A stretch of DNA of 64,000 nt from Patescibacteria group bacterium. GTDB taxonomy: Bacteria; Patescibacteriota; Gracilibacteria; UBA1369. Positions 57,819 through 64,000 of the stretch are shown piece after piece (the first letter of the stretch is position 1; each line of letters opens with the position of its first letter). The translations under genes and the position numbers were made by a program. Under the pieces are notes generated by a model. That model saw nothing but the letters and a program-made list of their open reading frames with translations. It was not told where the DNA came from and ran no database searches. The stretch lies in assembly GCA_963169655.1 (NCBI GenBank), contig CAUJCM010000003.1, positions 31,741-95,740 on the forward strand, written 5' to 3'.

Positions 57819-58490
57819 ATGAAAACAAATAATTTTTCTTTTGAAATATCAATCGCTATTTTGACTGTTATGTCATTGCTCTTAGTTGGATGTCAGGCTA
57901 AAACTGAAAATACTAACGATAATAATAAAGAAAATATACAAATTGATATAAATAATTCAAATATAACCCCAGAACCAATGCAAAATGAAGAAGCAAAAAG
58001 TGGTGATACAGTAGCCACTATAGATACTGATTTAGGTATGATTAAAATCAAATTATTCCCTTCAGAGGCTCCAGAAATTACTAAAAATTTTATAGAATTA
58101 GCAAATAGTGGAAAATACAATAATGTTCCTTTTCACAGAGTAATTGATGGATTTATGATTCAAACTGGAGATTTTACAAAACAAGATGGTACTGGTGGAT
58201 ATAGCTATAAAGGACCAGACACTGAATTAAAAGATGAAATTAGCTCTAATTTGTCACATATTAAAGGAGCAGTGTCTATGGCCAATCGTGGTCCAAATAC
58301 AAATGGAAGCCAATTTTTTATAGTAACTGGAAATCAAGGAGCGACTTTTTTAGATGGAGGTTATAGTATTTTTGGCCAAGTATTAGAAGGTCAAGATATA
58401 GCAGATAAAATTTCTAAAGTTAAAACAGATAGTCATGACAAACCTCTTGAACAGGTTTTAATGAAATCGGTTAAAATAGAAAAAATATAA
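57819..58490 (+). CDS. cyclophilin-type peptidyl-prolyl isomerase lipoprotein
   Basis: Lipobox LLVGCQ. FHRVIDGFMIQTGD, SMANRGPNTNGSQFFI. Confidence 0.9.
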   Translation: MKTNNFSFEISIAILTVMSLLLVGCQAKTENTNDNNKENIQIDINNSNITPEPMQNEEAKSGDTVATIDTDLGMIKIKLFPSEAPEITKNFIELANSGKYNNVPFHRVIDGFMIQTGDFTKQDGTGGYSYKGPDTELKDEISSNLSHIKGAVSMANRGPNTNGSQFFIVTGNQGATFLDGGYSIFGQVLEGQDIADKISKVKTDSHDKPLEQVLMKSVKIEKI

Positions 58491-58537
58491 AGATATATTG
58501 TCATAATTTATTCGATCGTCTATATTATTTTTCAAAC

Positions 58538-58575
58538 AAAGCTATTCGCGTGAGCATCATTCGAATAGCTTTTTG
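58538..58575 (+). terminator. rho-independent terminator after the PPIase gene
   Basis: Stem AAAGCTATTCG / CGAATAGCTTT around a 13-nt loop, followed by TTG. Confidence 0.55.
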
Positions 58576-58659
58576 ATTATCCAAAATAAAAATTTGTAAT
58601 TTGCAAAATAGTTTTTTATTAATTATTTTTCTCTCTGGATTTTATAAAATCTCATTAAC

Positions 58660-58695
58660 CAAAAACAAAAAAACTCCGCCAAAATTAGCGGAGTT
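58660..58695 (-). terminator. rho-independent terminator after rplT
   Basis: On the minus strand: AACTCCGC-taattttg-GCGGAGTT followed by TTTTTTTGTTTTT. Confidence 0.75.
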
Positions 58696-58716
58696 CCTTA
58701 TTTTTACACAAATTTT

Positions 58717-59070
58717 TTATAAAGCTTGTTTTGCTTTTTCAACTATAGCTTTAAAAGCCACAGGATTATTAACAGCAAGTTCAGCTAATATTTTTCTATC
58801 AATAGCAATTTTTGCTTTTAACATTCCATTAATTAATTTTGAGTAGCTTAAACCATCTGGCCTAACTGCTGCATTAATTCTTGTAATCCAAAGTGACCTA
58901 AATTGTCTTTTCTTTAACTTTCTACCGACATAAGCATTTTGGCCTGCTTTAGCTACAAAATTCTTTGCCCATTTTACTCTTGATGAGGCTATTTTTGAAT
59001 AGCCTTTCACCATCTTCTTGAGCTTATTATGTCTTCTTTTCGCTATAGTTCCTCTTTTAACACGTGTCAT
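58717..59070 (-). CDS. rplT: 50S ribosomal protein L20
   Basis: [24 protein letters not shown]... 117 aa. Confidence 0.95.
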   Translation of the reverse strand: MTRVKRGTIAKRRHNKLKKMVKGYSKIASSRVKWAKNFVAKAGQNAYVGRKLKKRQFRSLWITRINAAVRPDGLSYSKLINGMLKAKIAIDRKILAELAVNNPVAFKAIVEKAKQAL

Positions 59071-59092
59071 AATTTTTTAGATTAAATATAAA

Positions 59093-59281
59093 TTAAGCTA
59101 GTAGTTTTTTGATCCATTTAGTATCACTAGCTGAAGCCGGCATGCCAGACTTGTAAAGTTTCTTTTGTCTTTTAGATTTATTAACCAAAAGATGTCTTTT
59201 TCCCGCTTTGTTAAGCATAATTTTCCCATTAGCAGTTATTTTTACTCTTTTCTTTAAACCGCTATGACTTTTCTGTTTCAT
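59093..59281 (-). CDS. rpmI: 50S ribosomal protein L35
   Basis: MKQKSHSGLKKRVKITANGKIM... 62 aa, between infC and rplT. Confidence 0.9.
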   Translation of the reverse strand: MKQKSHSGLKKRVKITANGKIMLNKAGKRHLLVNKSKRQKKLYKSGMPASASDTKWIKKLLA

Positions 59282-59285
59282 AAAT

Positions 59286-59798
59286 TTATTGTTTAGGAGG
59301 TATTAATACCATGTTAATTGTATTTCCTTGTCTTTTTGCTGGAGATTCAATAATAGAGTCTTCTTTTAATTTTTCATAAAATGCTTCTACTTTTTGCATC
59401 CCAAGATCATTATATGTAGCTTCTCTGCCTTTAAACATCAAGCTAACTTTTACGCTATTCCCTTCTTTTAAAAACTTTCTTGCATTATTTGCTTTTACAT
59501 CCAGATCATGTTCATCAATTCTTAAACTTAGTCTAATGACTTTCATTTCAGATTTTTTTTGCATTTTCTTATGCTTTTGATCGATCTTGTTTTGTCTATA
59601 TAAGAATTTTCCAAAGTCCATAATTTTACAAACTGGCGGTTTAGCTAGTGGGGCCACTTCAACTAAATCCAATTCTCTGTCATGGGCTAATGATAAAGCT
59701 TCTTCTAAGGAAACTTCACCCAACTGTTCATCATTTTCATCAATTAGACGAACGGTGTTGGCAGTGATTTGCTTATTAATGCGATGAGTTTTACTGAT
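59286..59798 (-). CDS. infC: translation initiation factor IF-3, non-AUG start (5' end uncertain: ATC 59798, ATA 59810 or ATT 59780)
   Basis: Upstream of the listed TTG the frame stays open and reads SKTHRINKQITANTVRLIDENDEQLGEVSLEEALSLA, the conserved IF-3 N-domain. The in-frame stop is TGA at 59826-59828. No ATG, GTG or TTG occurs between that stop and the conserved region. Confidence 0.85.
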   Translation of the reverse strand: MSKTHRINKQITANTVRLIDENDEQLGEVSLEEALSLAHDRELDLVEVAPLAKPPVCKIMDFGKFLYRQNKIDQKHKKMQKKSEMKVIRLSLRIDEHDLDVKANNARKFLKEGNSVKVSLMFKGREATYNDLGMQKVEAFYEKLKEDSIIESPAKRQGNTINMVLIPPKQ

Positions 59799-59997
59799 AT
59801 TATTTAATATAAGGAATAAAAATTGTCATCCTCAAAACCCCAAATTTCAAGTTAGACAGAGCAGAATATAAAGTAAGTTAAGCCCAAAAGTCAAATTTAA
59901 ATTAATTTTATCAAAATTTAACTTTCAAGAAAGAAGATTGCTTTATTCTCACATTGAACTAACATAAAGTTAGATCGTTGAAAACAAAGTAATCTTT

Positions 59998-60003
59998 AAG
60001 GAG
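59998..60003 (+). promoter_or_regulatory. Shine-Dalgarno sequence of the 60010 gene
   Basis: AAGGAG lies 6 nt upstream of the ATG at 60010. Confidence 0.6.
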
Positions 60004-60009
60004 TCAATC

Positions 60010-60702
60010 ATGAAAAATGTAATTATTTTTTTGTTAGTATTTGCTGGGTTGTTTATTAACGCTTGTTCAGAGCAAGAGGCTGTTAATAAGCCTCTTCAAA
60101 ATTCTGAAGTGTCTGAAGAAAATCCATCTGACAGTAAAAATACATTTAAACCTCCAGCTAAAATTGATAATATCAATAGAGAAGAGGTAGAAAGAGTAAG
60201 AGTAAGGCCTCAAGACGAAGGGTATTTCGGTAATACTGAAACAACAGATCCAAACTATGGAATGTATAAAGTTCCAGACACTTGGGAAATTAATTGGGAA
60301 AACCCAAATATTGCTAGATCAAGAGTTGATTTTGGGTTCATATATAATGAACTAGACTTCTCTTACTCTGGAGAAAATACTCCCGAAAAAGTGAGAGATT
60401 GGAGATTAACTACTTTAGAGTGTACATATTTTGGAGAAAGAGATACTCAAACTGGTTGTGAAAAAGGCTTCAAAAAAGCCAAATATGATGTAGACGGTAT
60501 CGAGGTGTATGCCTTGCATTATTATGGGGCATTATTTGATCCTGATATTCCGACTACTGATATATTTTGGACAAATCAGCAGGGAGAAATTGTTACTTTC
60601 AATATTATTGGGGATTTCTTTAAAGCCCAGGAAGCCTGGGAATCAATAGTTAAAACATATCGTTACCCCGATAAATATTTCTCCGTTCGCCCTTTAGATT
60701 AA
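60010..60702 (+). CDS. hypothetical lipoprotein
   Basis: Lipobox LFINAC, good SD, 230 aa, no motif recognised. Confidence 0.6.
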   Translation: MKNVIIFLLVFAGLFINACSEQEAVNKPLQNSEVSEENPSDSKNTFKPPAKIDNINREEVERVRVRPQDEGYFGNTETTDPNYGMYKVPDTWEINWENPNIARSRVDFGFIYNELDFSYSGENTPEKVRDWRLTTLECTYFGERDTQTGCEKGFKKAKYDVDGIEVYALHYYGALFDPDIPTTDIFWTNQQGEIVTFNIIGDFFKAQEAWESIVKTYRYPDKYFSVRPLD

Positions 60703-60748
60703 TTAATTAAGAACTTAGCTTAATAAAAGGCACTTTGTGTTAACTATC

Positions 60749-60773
60749 GGGGGGCATTAAAAAGCCCCCCTTT
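60749..60773 (+). terminator. possible terminator hairpin
   Basis: GGGGGGC-attaaaaa-GCCCCCC followed by only TTT. Confidence 0.4.
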
Positions 60774-60783
60774 CACAGAAGGT

Positions 60784-62859
60784 ATGGTTATGTCTAAATT
60801 GGTTTTTTATTTGGTAGTCTTTATTAGTTGTTTAGTAGCACCCAATGTAAGGGCGGCTATTAAAGAAGGTTTTTGCAAAGACTTTAATCTCACCGATATT
60901 CCAGTTGGAGATTTTAGACCAAATATGCAATTACCTCAAAGAGAATGGAGATTAACTCAGCATTATAACAATCCAAAATCTGATGGATTTTGTAGCGTTG
61001 GTTCATCTCAACCTTCAGGAGACAGCCCATCTTGCATTGGCCAAAAAATTTATTATGGTCATGATGGTGTTGATTTACACATCCAAGGAGCAAGAGGTGG
61101 TGAAGAAGATATCTTTTCTATTACTGATGGAATGGTTATTGCTTCTCATCCTAATCTTACTTTCACTGGATGGGGCGAGTCTTTAATTATAGCCACTCGT
61201 CCCCATTATTCTTCTGAAGAGGTGCTCACTTTTCATTATCATCACTTATACACTGACAAACAATCTATTACTTCAAGAAAATTTGGGGTATGTGAAAAAG
61301 TCAATGTAGGAGATGTAATTGCAAAAGAGGGTGGAACTCCAAAGTGGCCAGTTCACTTACATCTTTCAATTAAGAGGTGGAGTAATGTAGACGAACTAAA
61401 GTCTCGTATCAAGAACAGTCCATCATCTCTTTATGGTTATGGATATTCTTTTGGAAACAGCGCTTCAATCATCAATTTTTTAGATCCAGAAGGATTGATC
61501 TTTAATTTCTATAATGAATTTATTGATGATCCCGAGTTTTATAAAGATTGGGAATGGAGCCTTCCTTACATAAAAGAGATGAGGAGTAAGGGGTGGTTCT
61601 TTGGTAACTTTGATGGAACTTTTGGAATAACTCAAGCAGTTTCAAGACGAGAGGGCGCTCGTTGGGTGAAAATAGTTTTAAGATATTTGAGTGATTTTCC
61701 AGTAAAGGCTCATTTTGAAGATTTGCCTTTGTCTGATAAAGATTCACCATATATTGAAGCTTTGATTCGCAGACCTTTGGGCATTCCAATTGTAAGTCCA
61801 ACTAATAGTTGTGATAAACAAGCTTTAAAGTTTTGCCCAGACAAACCTTTGTCTAGAGCAGAAGCTTTGAAAATGGTAATTGTAGCCTTTTATTATCATG
61901 AATTTGCTAATATTTATGATAATTGGGTGTGGAGATTGCCAAAAACACTTGTTTTGCCACTACTATCAGTCTTTACAGATGTAAATGCAGAAGATTGGTA
62001 TGCTCCATACCTATATTTTGCATGGAAAAAAGGACTTATAAGCGAACAAAATGTCTTTAGACCAGGCGAGCCCATAAAGAGAGCTGAGTTTGCAAAATGG
62101 TTAGTTGTAAGTGAAAAAAATATTTATCCAAGAAGTACTAACTCTTGTTTAAATATCACTTGTGGTCAAAACCAATATTGTGACATTCACTCTAGTCTTT
62201 GTGTGGATTTACCAACTTGTGTTCCTCAAGAGGATCAACCTTGTCCGGTAGGAGGTGGAGTAGAAATAGAGGAAAATAATCAGAGTAACAATGACCCAGA
62301 TCCATTGTGCCAAAATGGATTGAAAGAATCCCAATTGTGTCCTGATGGGTATAACAGGACTTATCGTCAATGTATTGGTGGTAATTGGAGTCTATGGAGT
62401 CCAAATTGTCCGATCCAAAATAATGACGATTATAATGACTCATCTAATGGCGATTTAAATCCTCAATGCACTATTGAGTATTTAATGTCTACTGATGGGT
62501 CTAGTTGTTATGAAAACAGTCAGAAAGAAGGGCATCCTACTCTCTGTTTGGAAACTCAAAACCTTAAAGGAGGTTTAATATCATGGAGACTTTGTAAAAA
62601 AGATACTTTGTTCAGTAATAATTTCTCTTATGAGTTATTAGATCAGAACCATTTAAATCAACTGATTTCTGGAAAATTAGTTGGCTCAAGTGGGGCATCT
62701 TGTACTCCATGGAGAAATGAAAACTTAACTCACATCAACCTAAATGGACCAGAAAATGGTGCAGGCTTGATAGTTGAAGTACAGTCCCCTGTGGGCTGTA
62801 CTTCACCAAACTGTACATATTTTTCCGGTTTTAACACTATTTATCGGCTTTGTCGCTAA
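60784..62859 (+). CDS. secreted M23 (LytM-type) metallopeptidase with three SLH-like domains and a Cys-rich C-terminal region
   Basis: Signal peptide. M23 motifs YGHDGVDLH and PVHLHLS. SLH-like units (WSLPYIKEMRSKGWFFGNFDGTFG..VSRREGA, FEDLP..SPYIEAL..LSRAEALKMV, FTDVNAEDWYAPYLYFAWKKGLIS..IKRAEFAKWL). More than 20 Cys in the last 240 aa. The start may instead be ATG 60790, which has better SD spacing. Confidence 0.75.
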   Translation: MVMSKLVFYLVVFISCLVAPNVRAAIKEGFCKDFNLTDIPVGDFRPNMQLPQREWRLTQHYNNPKSDGFCSVGSSQPSGDSPSCIGQKIYYGHDGVDLHIQGARGGEEDIFSITDGMVIASHPNLTFTGWGESLIIATRPHYSSEEVLTFHYHHLYTDKQSITSRKFGVCEKVNVGDVIAKEGGTPKWPVHLHLSIKRWSNVDELKSRIKNSPSSLYGYGYSFGNSASIINFLDPEGLIFNFYNEFIDDPEFYKDWEWSLPYIKEMRSKGWFFGNFDGTFGITQAVSRREGARWVKIVLRYLSDFPVKAHFEDLPLSDKDSPYIEALIRRPLGIPIVSPTNSCDKQALKFCPDKPLSRAEALKMVIVAFYYHEFANIYDNWVWRLPKTLVLPLLSVFTDVNAEDWYAPYLYFAWKKGLISEQNVFRPGEPIKRAEFAKWLVVSEKNIYPRSTNSCLNITCGQNQYCDIHSSLCVDLPTCVPQEDQPCPVGGGVEIEENNQSNNDPDPLCQNGLKESQLCPDGYNRTYRQCIGGNWSLWSPNCPIQNNDDYNDSSNGDLNPQCTIEYLMSTDGSSCYENSQKEGHPTLCLETQNLKGGLISWRLCKKDTLFSNNFSYELLDQNHLNQLISGKLVGSSGASCTPWRNENLTHINLNGPENGAGLIVEVQSPVGCTSPNCTYFSGFNTIYRLCR

Positions 62860-62864
62860 ATAGT

Positions 62865-62892
62865 AACCCTCAATGAAAATTGAGGGTTTTTT
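62865..62892 (+). terminator. rho-independent terminator after the M23 gene
   Basis: AACCCTCAAT-gaaa-ATTGAGGGTT followed by TTTT. Confidence 0.8.
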
Positions 62893-63040
62893 AAAATATA
62901 TAAATTTTAATACTAAAATAATTTAGCAAAATAAATGACAAAAAGCATCTCTTTCAATTATTAGAAACTTTTTAGAAGTACAAGATAAACAAAAGTTAAT
63001 TATTAAAATTTACGGTTATTTAATAAATATTTCAACAAAA

Positions 63041-63667
63041 CTAACTATATTCTAATCTGCCTTGTAAAGCTCTGGTCAAAGTCACATCATCGGCATAATC
63101 AAGATCTCCACCAGCTGGAAGTCCCCTGCCAATTCTTGTAATTTTTATACCTAAAGGTTTTAAAATTTTTGTTAAATATAAAGCTGTAGTTTCTCCTTCA
63201 AGCGAGGGATTTGTTGCTATAATAACTTCAATATCTTCACTGCTAACACTCTGATTAATCAAATTTTCAATACGAACTTTTAATTCATTTATTTTTAATT
63301 GATTAGGTCCAATTCCATCTACTGGTGAAAGCACTCCATGTAAAACATGGTAATTGCCTTTAAACTGTCCAGTCTTTTCGAGAGCTATTACATCCAAAAT
63401 CTCTTCTACAACACAAAATAAATTTTTATTTCTACTTTGATCTAAACAAATTTTGCATTTTTCACTTTCTGAAATATTAAAACAATCAACACAAAAATTT
63501 AAGCCTTCTTTGGTTTCAGCAATAGACTTGGATAATTGAGAAATTCTCATATCAGGAGAATGAAGTAAGTGCATAGCAATCCTTTGGGCAGATTTAGGAC
63601 CTATTCCTGGTAGTCTTGAAAATTCATCAATAACTTTTTGAATTGATTCTGGTAAAAAAGAGCTCAA
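63041..63667 (-). CDS. recR: recombination protein RecR (TTG start)
   Basis: HhH LPGIGPKSAQRIAMHLL, Cys4 finger CVDCFNISESEKCKIC, Toprim region VEEILDV...IIATNPSLEGETTALY. Confidence 0.9.
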   Translation of the reverse strand: MSSFLPESIQKVIDEFSRLPGIGPKSAQRIAMHLLHSPDMRISQLSKSIAETKEGLNFCVDCFNISESEKCKICLDQSRNKNLFCVVEEILDVIALEKTGQFKGNYHVLHGVLSPVDGIGPNQLKINELKVRIENLINQSVSSEDIEVIIATNPSLEGETTALYLTKILKPLGIKITRIGRGLPAGGDLDYADDVTLTRALQGRLEYS

Positions 63668-63735
63668 TTTTTTTAAAAATAATTTAACAATATTGTACTA
63701 TCACAGTCTCTGGCTTTATACAATTTTAGAAAAAA

Positions 63736-64000
63736 CTATTTGTTTTTATCATCATCTCCATCCAAACAACCTTTTCTTATTTCTTCAAATTCTTCAGATA
63801 CATATGCAGTAATTTCTTTAATTGATTTAAGTAACTCTCCAGTAGCTTCTGATTTTGGAGATTGTATATTTTCAGCAAGTTTTACAGCCTGCATAGTACT
63901 ACTATTAGATCGCTTTGGACCTTTTTCATGACTATTTTGATATGTCTTTAAATCAATGTCTTGAATACGATATTTTTTTAAAAATTCTAATGGGCCAATT
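63736..64000 (-). CDS. hypothetical protein, C-terminal fragment (the gene continues beyond the window)
   Basis: My own translation of the minus strand gives 88 open codons from the window edge: IGPLEFLKKYRIQDIDL...EEFEEIRKGCLDGDDDKNK, ending at TAG (63736-63738). It is absent from the ORF track because it lacks a start in the window. No motif recognised. Confidence 0.4.
   Translation of the reverse strand, partial: IGPLEFLKKYRIQDIDLKTYQNSHEKGPKRSNSSTMQAVKLAENIQSPKSEATGELLKSIKEITAYVSEEFEEIRKGCLDGDDDKNK

Noticed and set aside
58601-58846. 81-aa plus-strand ORF between the PPIase gene and rplT.
   Set aside because: It runs antisense across the rplT 3' end and through the rplT terminator hairpin. 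The L20 gene on the other strand is unambiguous.
63740-63931. 63-aa plus-strand ORF at the window end.
   Set aside because: It is antisense to a longer open frame (63736 to the window edge, minus strand) that lies upstream of recR on the same strand. The plus-strand translation is Ser-rich and low-complexity.
1-64000. Alternative genetic code (UGA sense, as in some candidate phyla and Mollicutes).
   Set aside because: TGA terminates genes in sensible positions, for example the ATGA overlap at 3674-3677 and the in-frame TGA upstream of infC. Conserved proteins (Mfd, DnaN, RNase Y) are full-length under the standard code.

Overview
AT-rich (about 30% GC by eye), gene-dense bacterial chromosome segment. 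It reads in the standard code: TGA acts as a stop (ATGA stop/start overlap at 3674-3677) and 1000+ aa ORFs are uninterrupted. The envelope and housekeeping gene set (RNase Y, SLH-like and LysM domains, PBP1A, many Asn/Ile/Lys-rich secreted proteins) suggests an uncultivated, small-genome, Gram-positive-type lineage, possibly CPR/Patescibacteria. That placement is inference only.

Layout:
- 1-7.4 kb: cell-wall and housekeeping genes (PBP1A 3' part, phosphodiester glycosidase, metallophosphoesterase, EngB, NYN protein, Kef-type antiporter).
- 7.4-12.9 kb (minus strand): a mosaic Big2/SLH-like/thrombospondin-type-3 surface protein and an 824-aa orphan.
- 13.0-33.0 kb: three iterated plus-strand operon modules pairing DUF916/DUF3324-like membrane anchors (three carry LysM after the TM) with proteins of 220 to 1339 aa. 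All of these end in a WxL-like module whose Trp is replaced, usually by Phe. An antisense O-methyltransferase and a DUF559 endonuclease island full of a two-hairpin repeat interrupt the modules.
- 33-36.2 kb: an O-antigen-ligase-like protein and an ECF sigma pair.
- 36-64 kb: mostly core genes, namely an ArfB-like factor, tmRNA, efp-epmA, mfd, dnaN, VKOR, patatin, rny, trxB, VanW, holB, cyclophilin, infC-rpmI-rplT (infC has a non-AUG start), an M23/SLH/Cys-rich hydrolase and recR.

I recognised no rRNA, tRNA, CRISPR array, transposase, integrase or phage genes. All family assignments come from motif reading, not from searches.
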